Part shown: in pieces, positions 38,363 through 48,177 of the stretch
How the letters are laid out: each line of letters begins with the position of its first letter
Numbering within the stretch: the stretch's first letter is position 1
IMG/VR virus record: IMGVR_UViG_3300049489_001303
Span: 32,001-96,000 of that record
Reading direction: 5' to 3' (one strand)
Length of the DNA: 64,000 bases
Source of the DNA: a virus
Notes under the pieces: model-generated
What the model was told of the DNA's origin: nothing
The model's input: the letters and a program-made list of their open reading frames with translations, nothing else
The model's database searches: none
Program-made: the position numbers and the translations under genes

Positions 38363-38914
38363 TCAGTCTTTTTTGAAAGCCTGTTCGACGTTGGGAGGGT
38401 AGATCTGATTTCTTTTGCGTTCTTCCATCAGTCTCTTTATGCGGCGAGCCTCGTCGGGATCCACTTCCATCCATTCCACATGGACAAAGCGAGCCCCCTC
38501 GGTGGGGAAGGGTTCTTTGGAAACGATGGTGCAGTCCCCCTTGAGGTACTTGTCCATGACAGCCTTATATTCTTTGGCCTGGGTGTGGGGGCATTCGTAG
38601 TCGCCATCTTTGACAGGCAGGATGGCATGACCTGAAGCCAACGCATTCTGGCAGCGGGCGCAGGCTTCCCAGTCACGCCATATACAGAACACTTTGCTGT
38701 ACGCCTGATAGGAGCTCTCAACAGAAGCCTTCTCGGGGGGAGTATCTTTCCGAATATGGGGGTTAACCATAGTATCCAGATCGGTTTCCACCGAGAACAT
38801 GGGCCCCAGTTCCAGGGTGTCACCCCCCGGCCCACCCTGGGAAGGCGCGGGTTGGCTGCGGGCGTTATTGGCAATCGCCAGATAGTTGAAGCCTGAGGAT
38901 GTGGGTTGTGGCAT
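38363..38914 (-). CDS. Hypothetical protein (C..C/C.H)
   Basis: 183 aa, directly downstream of the portal gene. Confidence 0.65.
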   Translation of the reverse strand: MPQPTSSGFNYLAIANNARSQPAPSQGGPGGDTLELGPMFSVETDLDTMVNPHIRKDTPPEKASVESSYQAYSKVFCIWRDWEACARCQNALASGHAILPVKDGDYECPHTQAKEYKAVMDKYLKGDCTIVSKEPFPTEGARFVHVEWMEVDPDEARRIKRLMEERKRNQIYPPNVEQAFKKD

Positions 38915-38922
38915 GGTTTATC

Positions 38923-40683
38923 TCACCCCTGTTGCGGCTGACCCGGCCCCTTAGCCTGCTGCTTAAGAGCTTGAGTCTGCTGCTGCTGTGCTGTTTCCAA
39001 CCGTTGAACAACCACAGCATACATGACAAGGTCCTCCGTTTGCAACTGTTTAAGGCGCGATTTGCGTTCACCCTGTTCAAGACCGAGCAACTGTTGAACA
39101 ACCTGGTCGGCCTGAGAGATGACCTGCTGCTGGTTGTAACCCGAGGGACTCTGCTGCGCTTCGGCGTCAACGCGGATCTGCTCAACCATACTGTTCTGGA
39201 TGTCCCTGACAGCACGCTGAGTCTCAATTTCAGAGCGGGATCTATCCAGGGTTTCCTGCTGAATTTTATCACGCTCGTTGTCCAGATCCAGCGTCAGGAG
39301 CTCAGCCATGGTCTGGTCAGAGATCACCTTGACACCGCTCTGATAGCCGCCCTGCCACAGATTGGCCAGAATCTGCTTGGTGGAGAGGTCGTCCGTCATG
39401 CGGAACTTCGCCATACCCACTTCAAGCTTCTCCCACCCCAGAAACGTAGCGCATTTGTCGTCCACCCACTGCAGGAGGTCCAGCAGGTCATTCACATGGG
39501 TTTCGAGTTGGTTCTCAATGAGGCGTAGGGTAGCTTCCATTCCAGAGCCCGTCAGCCCACCATAGATGAATTCTTGCGGGATACCCAAAGCCGAAATGAT
39601 AGCCTTCTCCGCTTCTTGAATTTCACCCAGGGTAAGCAGTGCGCGGCCTTGACCACCAATCTGCACAACGCCAACAGGCACCGGAGCAAACATCATATGC
39701 AGCGGGTCTTTGCGCCACGCAGCCATGTTGGAAACCATGTTGTCTTTCCACTTGGAAAGATTCATCTGGGTTACCGGGTCGCCCACGCCGGAGGCCTGCG
39801 CCGGGTGTATCACGCGGAAAGGCACCAGGTGGTCCAGGGCGATCGCGGTGTTTGCCTTACGCAGAATCGCCGTGTAGTGGAACAGCGACATGACCGAAAG
39901 CAGCGGGGGAAGGCCCCACTGGGGATTGATACCGGCTGGGCCGCCCATCTTCATATGGAAGACGACACCCTTGGAAAACTTGAACTTTTTGTTGGTCTTG
40001 ACGGCTTCCAGGAAACCAATGGGGAGTGTGTCAATCAGGAACTTGTGTCCACTGTTGATGCGCGTGATTATGTCTCTCGGGATGGTGTAGTAGTAGACGG
40101 ACTCCCCCGTGATAGGGTTGTATTCAATATCCATCTGCTTCGGATCCCACCGAATGAAATTGACGTGCTTGGGAGAGGTCAGCTTCTTGTCAATGATGTT
40201 GTCTTTACCTACCCGGCTCTTCTTATTGCAGCTCGGGCAGTCAAAGATGAACTTCAGTTCCTGAATGTTGAACGTGTACGTCAGCGTTTCGATATTGGTC
40301 AGGGTCTGACAGTGGGGGCACCTCAAAAACCGGATGAACGGTTGGTACATGGTTAAGAAGGCGTTCCCGTACACATACTTGTCGAGAGTCGCTTTGATCA
40401 ACAATTCCCGGGCACGCAGTGTCTTTTCCAGAAGGTCTTTATGCTGGCGACGAAGCGACACGTTGCTTGTGTCGTAGGTCACTTCTGTGATAGGATACTC
40501 ACCAAACTTACGGAGGGCTGAGTAGATTTGAGGGCTATTGTAAAAGAGGTACTCGCACCACTTGAAGAGATCCTTCAGCTTTTTTGGTGTGAACGACTGC
40601 GTGAAATCCTGATAGGGGCTGGGGTGGGTGGCAATATTCTGATTAGTCCCCAGCAAACTGTATGTCTCATTTATAGCCATCAA
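38923..40683 (-). CDS. Portal protein
   Basis: DKYVYGNAF, WGLPPL, ALGIPQEFIYGG, helical C-terminus; CPHC/CPSC zinc insert. Confidence 0.75.
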   Translation of the reverse strand: MMAINETYSLLGTNQNIATHPSPYQDFTQSFTPKKLKDLFKWCEYLFYNSPQIYSALRKFGEYPITEVTYDTSNVSLRRQHKDLLEKTLRARELLIKATLDKYVYGNAFLTMYQPFIRFLRCPHCQTLTNIETLTYTFNIQELKFIFDCPSCNKKSRVGKDNIIDKKLTSPKHVNFIRWDPKQMDIEYNPITGESVYYYTIPRDIITRINSGHKFLIDTLPIGFLEAVKTNKKFKFSKGVVFHMKMGGPAGINPQWGLPPLLSVMSLFHYTAILRKANTAIALDHLVPFRVIHPAQASGVGDPVTQMNLSKWKDNMVSNMAAWRKDPLHMMFAPVPVGVVQIGGQGRALLTLGEIQEAEKAIISALGIPQEFIYGGLTGSGMEATLRLIENQLETHVNDLLDLLQWVDDKCATFLGWEKLEVGMAKFRMTDDLSTKQILANLWQGGYQSGVKVISDQTMAELLTLDLDNERDKIQQETLDRSRSEIETQRAVRDIQNSMVEQIRVDAEAQQSPSGYNQQQVISQADQVVQQLLGLEQGERKSRLKQLQTEDLVMYAVVVQRLETAQQQQTQALKQQAKGPGQPQQG

Positions 40684-40764
40684 ACGCTCCTTGGAAATTT
40701 TCTAACACATGAGATTTTAAATGAAACGTCTCTATATAGCAACAAACATCGAGGTGACCGCTAA

Positions 40765-42792
40765 ATGCTATTTGACTTTACCAGAGTGAACCACACTCCA
40801 GTGCTGTTCGTCAAGACAGATAATCCGGAGTTTGGGCGTATCCTGGGTGCTACGCAGAGCAGCACCATCAAAGGTTGGCTCTACCCGGCATATCTCCCCT
40901 TTCTCCCCAAGGTGCTCGCCGACATCGGGATCCTGGACAAACAGGCGCAGTATACCCCCGCCGCGGAGGCCTACCTGAAAGAGGTCCGAAGCTACGAGCA
41001 GTGGCGGGATGTAGTTGCAAACACACATTTCCCTACACGTAGCCGTGACCATCAGCTGGATGGCACCGCCGAGCTGCTGACGTACCACCGCTGGATGCTG
41101 CAGTGGGGCATGGGGGTCGGCAAAACCAAGATCGCCATAGACACCATCAATATCCTCAGAACGCCGACGCTGGTTCTGTGTCCCCGTGTGGCGGTGGACA
41201 ATTGGATGCTGGAGATCGACAATCATGGGGGTGGTCAGCTGAGGGCCATGACCCTCAAAGGTGCCAGCAAAGAAGCCAAGATGAAAGAGCTGCTGGAGAT
41301 GCCCCTGCATGACGTGGTGATCACCACCTATGACACGGCGAGGCTCTACGGCGTCCCATCGATACCTCCGGCGGCGGTCACTCTGCTGAAGAACGCCCAT
41401 CGAGCACTCCACCCTGATTTGAGGACAGCATTGATGTCCTTGAACGACGCCCAAGCGCAGGAGCGCCTGATCACAGAGTGGCTGGCCGGGCGCAACAACG
41501 CCGAAGTCATCGCTGAGATCCGCCACCTCAGAGAAGGGCGTAGTCACCAGTGGCTGATGGACTGGGACTACCAGACGCTCATCTGTGACGAGTCGCACCG
41601 TATCAAACGCATCCAGAGTAGCCGGACTGCCGCAGTGCTGCAGATGTCGGCCAAGGCATCCCGGAGGATCCTGCTCTCAGGAACCCCTATCCAGGGCAAT
41701 CCTCTGGATGCATTTCCCCAGCTCAAGTTCCTGGCCCCCTATATAGTCAAGGAAGACTATAGGAAGTTCAAACAGAAGTACACCGTGGCATCCCCCTACA
41801 ACGAGAATGCTGTGGTGGGATACAAGAACCTGCACATCTTGAACAGGCTTATCAGCAGTATCAGCAGTAAGCGAGAACTGGAAGAGTGTCTCAGCCTCCC
41901 CGAGCAGGTCTTGACCAAGGTGAACTACAGCTTATCCCCCGCCCAGAAGCGTGCCTACAACCAGGCAGTGGAAGCCTGGATTGTGGATCGAGCCGATCGG
42001 AGTGCTCAGGATATTGTCAATGCCGCAAGCCGGATAAGCAAGCTACTACAGATCTGCAGTGGTTTCGTCTACACCCAGACTGACACGGGGTGCTGCGACA
42101 CTTGCCCACATTTGACTACATGCATCGAAGGAAAGATAACCCCCGGAACACCTCGTTGTTTCAGAAAGGAAGAGATTGGCGAAATCCCACGTGAGACTCA
42201 ATGGTTTGACCCTAACCCCAAAATGGAAGCCCTTAAGGATCTACTGGAAGACATCATTCCTACAAACAAGGTCATTATCTGGGCCGTCTTCACCGCTGAG
42301 TTGGATCTGGTGGAAAAACTCCTACAGAGGGAGAAGATAGGGTACGTTCGAGTAGACGGCTCCAACACAGGTAAGGTCGCTAATATGGCCGCGAAATTTA
42401 ACAGTGAACCTGAGTGTATGGTATATCTGGCCCAGATCAGCACTGGCATCAGTATCACGCTTAACGCTGCTAAATACATGATCTACTACTCTCGCAACTG
42501 GAGCCCTGACGACAGGGAGCAGTCTATGGCCCGTAACCATAGACTGGGGCAGACACAGACAACAGGTGTATATGACCTGTGTGCTTTTGGAACAGTAGAG
42601 GCCCAACAACTTACCGCTTTAAACTGTAAACAGAATATCACCCAGTTATTGACAGATAAGGTTGACTGTCTGGTTTGTTCTCGCTATAGTGCCTGTGTAA
42701 ATACAGGAATAGAACCGTGGGATGACGGATGCATCTACAAGAAAAGCGTAAGCAAAGTCACGGCCAGAGCTGAATCTTTAGAGGAGGATTGA
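40765..42792 (+). CDS. SNF2-family (SF2) helicase/ATPase
   Basis: MGVGKT, DESH, LSGTP, GISITL, Q..AR.HRLGQ. Confidence 0.9.
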   Translation: MLFDFTRVNHTPVLFVKTDNPEFGRILGATQSSTIKGWLYPAYLPFLPKVLADIGILDKQAQYTPAAEAYLKEVRSYEQWRDVVANTHFPTRSRDHQLDGTAELLTYHRWMLQWGMGVGKTKIAIDTINILRTPTLVLCPRVAVDNWMLEIDNHGGGQLRAMTLKGASKEAKMKELLEMPLHDVVITTYDTARLYGVPSIPPAAVTLLKNAHRALHPDLRTALMSLNDAQAQERLITEWLAGRNNAEVIAEIRHLREGRSHQWLMDWDYQTLICDESHRIKRIQSSRTAAVLQMSAKASRRILLSGTPIQGNPLDAFPQLKFLAPYIVKEDYRKFKQKYTVASPYNENAVVGYKNLHILNRLISSISSKRELEECLSLPEQVLTKVNYSLSPAQKRAYNQAVEAWIVDRADRSAQDIVNAASRISKLLQICSGFVYTQTDTGCCDTCPHLTTCIEGKITPGTPRCFRKEEIGEIPRETQWFDPNPKMEALKDLLEDIIPTNKVIIWAVFTAELDLVEKLLQREKIGYVRVDGSNTGKVANMAAKFNSEPECMVYLAQISTGISITLNAAKYMIYYSRNWSPDDREQSMARNHRLGQTQTTGVYDLCAFGTVEAQQLTALNCKQNITQLLTDKVDCLVCSRYSACVNTGIEPWDDGCIYKKSVSKVTARAESLEED

Positions 42793-42793
42793 C

Positions 42794-43234
42794 ATGCAGA
42801 TAGCACTTACCCTACAGGAGTTAGCTCAGATCCTGGAAGCTCATTGGGGAATTGAAGTACAGCCCGAGAACCTAACACTGTCTCCGGACGCCGGGGAAAT
42901 TGTCATCAAAGATGCGTCGTTCAAGATGTTGTTGCAGGGGGCGGATAAGCCTGCAACTCCTGCTGCCAGTCGCAGTAAGGCCGCCTTGCCCCCCAGAGAG
43001 CTTCTGGTCGCTCCTGCCCCGACAGTAGCTACCACAGACGATGACGATGATTTTGGTGAGGATGAAGAGAACACGCCTTTGACTATGGAAGATATTCTGA
43101 ACATAAGCAAAACGGCAATGGTTAACAAGAAGGTGCTGACGCATCCCGAGATTTCTCGGGCACTACGTAACAGCTATGAAACCGACGAACCGCCAGAAAT
43201 GGACGAAGCCGAGTTAGCGGCTAACAGGAGATAA
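42794..43234 (+). CDS. Hypothetical acidic protein
   Basis: GAGGAGG SD, 146 aa. Confidence 0.65.
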   Translation: MQIALTLQELAQILEAHWGIEVQPENLTLSPDAGEIVIKDASFKMLLQGADKPATPAASRSKAALPPRELLVAPAPTVATTDDDDDFGEDEENTPLTMEDILNISKTAMVNKKVLTHPEISRALRNSYETDEPPEMDEAELAANRR

Positions 43235-43236
43235 CT

Positions 43237-44124
43237 TTGACCGAAGAAACCAAAAAACCGGAGCGTGAAGGCCTCGTATTCCCCTATCCCGAGGGTGACG
43301 ACTTCTTTGATCCGGGTATTCCCAAGGGCGTTATATCTCCCTCAGGGTTTACGATGTATCGCAAGTGCCCGAGACAGTTTCAGTATGCCTACGTCCTGGA
43401 AATGAAGAAACCTCCAGCGGTAGCTATGCTCAAAGGTACCGCTATACATAAGGGGGCTGAAGTTGTGCACAAGCACACCATCGAGCACGGCAGTCTCCTG
43501 GGGATGGATGCTGCTGTACAGGCAGTGGATGACCGGTGGGAAAAGGAAGTGGGAGATATCGAGGACTGGGATGATGGCGACGGCAACATCCTGGCCGCCG
43601 GTGTTATCAAAGATATCACGATCTCCAACTTCAGGGCTTACTACGTTCAGGCTGTCCCCCTGATTAAGCCTGTGGCTGCTGAGAAGCCCTTCGCCATGAA
43701 GATCGGGACTGTCCCTATCCGTGGCGTGATTGACCTCATTGACTCCATTCCGGGAGAATACTCCCTCGAGGACGACCCGGAGCAACCCCCACCCAGCATC
43801 GAAGTGGTTGCCGACCTGAAAACCACAAAGATGCGGTGGGCGCAGCAGAAGCTCGACCACGATGTGCAGATGACGATCTACTCCTATGTAGAGAACACTC
43901 CGCAGATCCGTGTAGACCTCCTGCTGGATGCTAAAAAGGGTGCCACTTACTGTCCCATGCGCACGACGCGTTCTCGGCAAGAGAAGAAGGTGATGGTAGA
44001 GGACCTGGAAGAGACAGTGGACCTGATTAAGAAAGGTGTATTCCCGCGCTGTGATCCCACGTCGTGGGCTTGTACACCTAAGTTCTGCGGCTATTACGAA
44101 ATGTGCCGCGGTAAGAAAGGCTGA
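43237..44124 (+). CDS. PD-(D/E)XK exonuclease (RecB/AddB/Cas4-like)
   Basis: SPS....CP, GTAIH, E, G.ID, DLKT, Q...Y, C-terminal Cys cluster. Confidence 0.85.
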   Translation: MTEETKKPEREGLVFPYPEGDDFFDPGIPKGVISPSGFTMYRKCPRQFQYAYVLEMKKPPAVAMLKGTAIHKGAEVVHKHTIEHGSLLGMDAAVQAVDDRWEKEVGDIEDWDDGDGNILAAGVIKDITISNFRAYYVQAVPLIKPVAAEKPFAMKIGTVPIRGVIDLIDSIPGEYSLEDDPEQPPPSIEVVADLKTTKMRWAQQKLDHDVQMTIYSYVENTPQIRVDLLLDAKKGATYCPMRTTRSRQEKKVMVEDLEETVDLIKKGVFPRCDPTSWACTPKFCGYYEMCRGKKG

Positions 44125-44129
44125 TAAGC

Positions 44130-45314
44130 ATGAGACCCCTGACCGATTACCTGAAATTGTCCAAAGTGGCTTTTTGGAAAAAAGTGGATGCTGAAGGAGC
44201 TGCAGCGGAAACGCGCTTCCTCGCAATGTGGAACAGGCTGGACGAGGACATCCCCTCTCAGGAGGATGCCGCCCAGGCCCTCGACGACTTGTTCCTGTAT
44301 TCGCACAAGCGGATCCGGGAGCACAGCAAAGTCGTCGCCAACAACTATCCGACCACTCAGGTAACCAAGAATCGGCTCGGGTCTCAAAAGGCGTTGTGGT
44401 GGGTTGACCACTTCACCGCGGGCATCAGCGAATGGTCCACACTGAATTGGTTCAGCGCTGGAAAAGTAAAGAAGAAGAATGGCTCCATGGGGCTCGCCGG
44501 CGCATCCACTCACTTTGTGATGGGGTACGGCGGTGAGCCCTTTTATATCATCCCCCTGATGCATGGCGCCTGGCATGAGCCGCGGAAAAACAAAGATGGT
44601 CTCAGCATCGAGCATGTCAACTCTGGTGGTCTCAGTCTGAAGGATGACGGCTGGCATTACTGGGCCAGAAAGATGCCGACAGAGCTTGTCCAGGAGCTCC
44701 CCCCAACGCCCCTCGGCGAACCGTTCAAAGGTCTCAAGGTGATGCAGCCCTTCACTTTGGCGCAGATCATTGCGAACATCAAACTTAAACGGCTCGTTAT
44801 CGCCGCTCTGCCCAGTGTCCTGACCCTGGAAAGAATGTCAGAGCATGACGACTGGCGGGAAGGCAAAACAGATATGGGCCCCCTCTGGCCCCGGGAAGAT
44901 TGCAACCAATCAGCGTTTGCCGTAGAGCCTCTTCCGGAGCTTTCTTTTTTGCAGAAGGAAGGCTACACCGGGGGCAACATCAAAGCCTTCGAAATTTTTG
45001 ATGGGAGGATCGACGATAGTGATGTGGATCTTTCTGCCAATCCGTCCTACGGTTTCGACGCCCCGACGCACGATGATGATGAGGATGAGAAAGACTCCCC
45101 CATCTGCAAGAACCCGACGGTAGAGGATCTGCAGAAGAAGCTCTACGCCAAGGGCTACATGCTGACGGTTGACGGTATCTACGGTAAAGAGACCACTGAG
45201 CAGGTAAAGCGCTTCCAGGCAGATACCAACCGCAAAATCAATGACATCAAAGCCCGTCTGAAAGTAGACGGCATTGCCGGCCCTCGAACGATGGCCTGTT
45301 TGTTCAAGGAGTAA
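44130..45314 (+). CDS. N-acetylmuramoyl-L-alanine amidase (Amidase_2) with C-terminal peptidoglycan-binding domain
   Basis: H.TA, ASTHFV, AWH, SIEH, H..., K.D.G; LQ..L...GY...VDGIYG..T...VK.FQ...DGIAGP.T. Confidence 0.85.
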   Translation: MRPLTDYLKLSKVAFWKKVDAEGAAAETRFLAMWNRLDEDIPSQEDAAQALDDLFLYSHKRIREHSKVVANNYPTTQVTKNRLGSQKALWWVDHFTAGISEWSTLNWFSAGKVKKKNGSMGLAGASTHFVMGYGGEPFYIIPLMHGAWHEPRKNKDGLSIEHVNSGGLSLKDDGWHYWARKMPTELVQELPPTPLGEPFKGLKVMQPFTLAQIIANIKLKRLVIAALPSVLTLERMSEHDDWREGKTDMGPLWPREDCNQSAFAVEPLPELSFLQKEGYTGGNIKAFEIFDGRIDDSDVDLSANPSYGFDAPTHDDDEDEKDSPICKNPTVEDLQKKLYAKGYMLTVDGIYGKETTEQVKRFQADTNRKINDIKARLKVDGIAGPRTMACLFKE

Positions 45315-45320
45315 AATCAC

Positions 45321-45746
45321 ATGGATGTAGTAGTAACCAAGGAATGCCCCCGTTGTGGAAAGAAAAGTGATGTGGCTGTTGCTCTGGAAGTGGCTGTTGC
45401 CATGGATCAGAAACGTAAGGAAAAGGAGAACGAAACAGCTGCCCTGGAGCTGGACCTGGCTGAAACGCTGGGCAATATGCAGAATAAACCCCTGTTACTG
45501 GTAGCGGCGCTCAACGCTGATGGCGCAACCTACACCGTTAAGGCCATGAGTGATCTCTGCTCCGGCCAGCGCAGTTGCACCTCACGGATCACCACGCTGC
45601 TCAATGAAGTGTTCGTGCCTGTGAAGCAGGTTGTGAAGAAGAAAGAAGTTCCCAATGAGCGTGAGATGACAGACCCCCCGGCAATGACACTGGAAGAACT
45701 CCGTGCGGGCGGACCTGCACGAATGAGTGAGGATGACAATGGATAA
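45321..45746 (+). CDS. Hypothetical protein with CPRC zinc motif
   Basis: AAGGAG SD, 141 aa. Confidence 0.65.
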   Translation: MDVVVTKECPRCGKKSDVAVALEVAVAMDQKRKEKENETAALELDLAETLGNMQNKPLLLVAALNADGATYTVKAMSDLCSGQRSCTSRITTLLNEVFVPVKQVVKKKEVPNEREMTDPPAMTLEELRAGGPARMSEDDNG

Positions 45747-45903
45747 GTACGGTGTAGAGACGCCCCTGCCGGCGGAGAAGGTGGCAGAAGAGAAAGAAAA
45801 AGAACCTGTGGCACGCTGCCACCGTTGCGGGGCAGTAGTTCGGAATGAGGGTAATACCCTGTTCTGCCCCAACTGTGGCACTGAACCATTTGAGGCACCG
45901 TAA
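45739..45903 (+). CDS. Small zinc-ribbon protein (54 aa)
   Basis: Manual translation MDKYGVETPLPAEKVAEEKEKEPVARCHRCG...FCPNCGTEPFEAP; GAGG SD. Confidence 0.65.
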   Translation: MDKYGVETPLPAEKVAEEKEKEPVARCHRCGAVVRNEGNTLFCPNCGTEPFEAP

Positions 45904-45906
45904 GCC

Positions 45907-46275
45907 ATGACAGATGTGGACAAGCTCAGAGTAATACGTGCCCTATACATTATGGCATACACCTCGGAGAAGAGCCTTGTCCCGATCGCTGTAGAGTTGT
46001 TTCACCTGTTGGGGGACATTCTGGAAGGGACGCCCATCAGTGAGCTGGAGCTGCACAGCATCGATCGCAAGGAATTACTTTTGACCCTTGAGGAATTGTC
46101 GCCTCAAGAAAAGGCAGGTAACGATGGTCACGACTGTGAAACTGAATCAGATACGTGTGACTCACGATTGGAATCGGGAGGATGTGGGCGACATCAGCAG
46201 TCTGGTAACGTCCATAAGGGAAAACGGCCAGCTGCAGCCTCTGCTGGTATGGCAGGATTCGTCGAAGAAGCATAA
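45907..46275 (+). CDS. Hypothetical protein
   Basis: Plausible helical N-terminal 70 aa; its 3' part overlaps the ParB-like gene. Confidence 0.45.
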   Translation: MTDVDKLRVIRALYIMAYTSEKSLVPIAVELFHLLGDILEGTPISELELHSIDRKELLLTLEELSPQEKAGNDGHDCETESDTCDSRLESGGCGRHQQSGNVHKGKRPAAASAGMAGFVEEA

Positions 46276-47017
46276 GCAGCCCGTCTACTACCTGATAGAC
46301 GGCCGCCGAAGATTCGCGGCGCTGCAGATGCTGAAGAAGGATCCATTGGTGGTTATGAGCAGCGCTCAGGATTCCGCCTCAGCCTTTCTGCAGTCCATGG
46401 CTGCAAACCTGGTGAGGGAGGGGAACACCGTATACGAGATCTCCCGCTCCTTCGACCAGCTGGTCACTGAGTACGGTGTGCTGTATGACGACATCGTGAA
46501 GACCTGTGGTAAGACAGCCGGCTATGTGAGCCAGCACGTCACGGCTATACGTGTGGCTCGCAGAGATCCCCAGTTACTGGAGATGTTCAAAGCGGGTGGG
46601 ACTTCCCTCTACGTGTTCCGCTCACTGTGCAAGCTCGACGAGCATGCGGACAGGCCACAGTTCAAGCGTATGGTCAAGCTGCTTGCCGGCGGAGCCACTT
46701 CGGCTGAGGTAGGTCTGCAGGTGGACCAGTACCTGAAGAAGAAAGAGCAGCGCCTCCAGAACACGGCGAAACGCACGGGGGTCAAACTGCCACCGAAGAC
46801 AGGTAAAGTCGCTGCCGACGCTATCCGCAGGAAGTCTTTGACGGACTACCATTCGACTGAGGTCCGCAAGACTATCAAGAAGCTCTCGGTGGCCGATTTG
46901 ATCAAGAAGGCATCTCAGTATCAGGACAAGTTCATCGCCGCGAAGAGTGTCAACATGCAGCGCTACTACCAGGGCTGCATAGCTGCTATTGAGTGCGCCC
47001 TCGGCATCGCTGAGTAA
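46124..47017 (+). CDS. ParB/Srx-like protein with HTH
   Basis: L..SI..GQLQPL.V, LIDGRRRFAA, ANL.R, HTH GKTAGYVSQ. Confidence 0.8.
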   Translation: MVTTVKLNQIRVTHDWNREDVGDISSLVTSIRENGQLQPLLVWQDSSKKHKQPVYYLIDGRRRFAALQMLKKDPLVVMSSAQDSASAFLQSMAANLVREGNTVYEISRSFDQLVTEYGVLYDDIVKTCGKTAGYVSQHVTAIRVARRDPQLLEMFKAGGTSLYVFRSLCKLDEHADRPQFKRMVKLLAGGATSAEVGLQVDQYLKKKEQRLQNTAKRTGVKLPPKTGKVAADAIRRKSLTDYHSTEVRKTIKKLSVADLIKKASQYQDKFIAAKSVNMQRYYQGCIAAIECALGIAE

Positions 47018-47023
47018 CTCCCT

Positions 47024-48043
47024 TTAATACCCCAGGCTATCTCCGTGGCGAGATCGGCGCTTCATCTCCCGCTTCAGCATCTTCACGGCTTTCTCTTTGA
47101 TCTGCCGGACTCTTTCTGGAGTGATCTGGGTGATAGCAGCCAATTGGGGCAGGGTCTTATTGGCGTTTTTGCGCTCTTCTTCGGGGATATTGAAGTACCC
47201 CAGCACAATGTAGAGATCTCGCTTTGATTTGCACACCCGGCGCAGAGTCTGCCGCACCATGAAAGACGCATCATCGCTGATAGCAGTATCTTCGGCAGTC
47301 CCCACAGTGCTGATGTGTGTGTCATCTACCTGCACGGCCGGATGCATTATCGCCGCATCATCGTTGAGAGGGGCTTCAAAGTTGTGACCTCCGGGCGACG
47401 TGCAGGGCAGGGAAGCGTCACAGGCCTCTGGAGTCTCACTGCGTAAGCCGCAAATAGTGCACACGTACCGCCCCTCTTTATATGACTTCCTTAAGTCCCT
47501 TTGCCGGTGGGTGGGTATATGCACCAGGTGTGAGGCATGGATCTCATCCAGCATCTCTTTACGGATCCACCACTCCGCATAGGTCAGGAAGCGAGTGCTG
47601 CGGTTCATGCTGAACTTATCCAGAGCTATCACTAACCCCACGTTGCCCGCCGACACCAGCTTCTGAAAATGCTCAGAATCCTGTGTTATTTTTTTTGCCC
47701 GGCGGATAACAAAGCGGAGGTTGGCCTGGATGATCTTTTCCCGGGCTAACAGGTCTCTGGAGGAGCCACATTTGGGGCAATATACCGGGGGTGCCGAAAT
47801 TTCAAATTTGTCCCCACATCTGGTACAAGCAGTTGCCTTATCCCGACTTTCTTCGGGAGTGGGCTCCCCGCACGTGGGGCAGTTACTTACAAAGGCTTTT
47901 GGCTCAAACAGGTGCGTGCAGTTGGGGCACGTGTAGTAGCGTCGCAAAAGCTCCCGCTCTTCAGCCGCGGTGAGGACCTGATGTTTACCGACTTCATTGT
48001 AGTACTGTGTATAAACCCGATCCCGTGTACTATCGTGTAGCAT
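47024..48043 (-). CDS. sigma70-family RNA polymerase sigma factor with zinc-ribbon insertions
   Basis: Region 1.2 (Y..EV....LT.EEE), region 2 (NLRFV, GNVGL..A.DKF, RFLTYAEWWIR), region 4 (TPERVRQI); GGAGG SD before ATG 48043. Confidence 0.88.
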   Translation of the reverse strand: MLHDSTRDRVYTQYYNEVGKHQVLTAAEERELLRRYYTCPNCTHLFEPKAFVSNCPTCGEPTPEESRDKATACTRCGDKFEISAPPVYCPKCGSSRDLLAREKIIQANLRFVIRRAKKITQDSEHFQKLVSAGNVGLVIALDKFSMNRSTRFLTYAEWWIRKEMLDEIHASHLVHIPTHRQRDLRKSYKEGRYVCTICGLRSETPEACDASLPCTSPGGHNFEAPLNDDAAIMHPAVQVDDTHISTVGTAEDTAISDDASFMVRQTLRRVCKSKRDLYIVLGYFNIPEEERKNANKTLPQLAAITQITPERVRQIKEKAVKMLKREMKRRSRHGDSLGY

Positions 48044-48091
48044 GCAGACCTCCGTGTAGCCGTTTATCCTCCAAATATGATTGAACATCGC

Positions 48092-48126
48092 ACAATTAAT
48101 TAGACATTGCAAGTGTGCTTCGCTAT
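48092..48126 (+). promoter_or_regulatory. sigma70-like promoter (approximate bounds)
   Basis: TAGACA-N17-TATCAT upstream of 48178. Confidence 0.45.
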
Positions 48127-48177
48127 CATCGGTGACGCACCCAACAGATGGGCCACTAAGGCCCGTAGGAGAACAAG

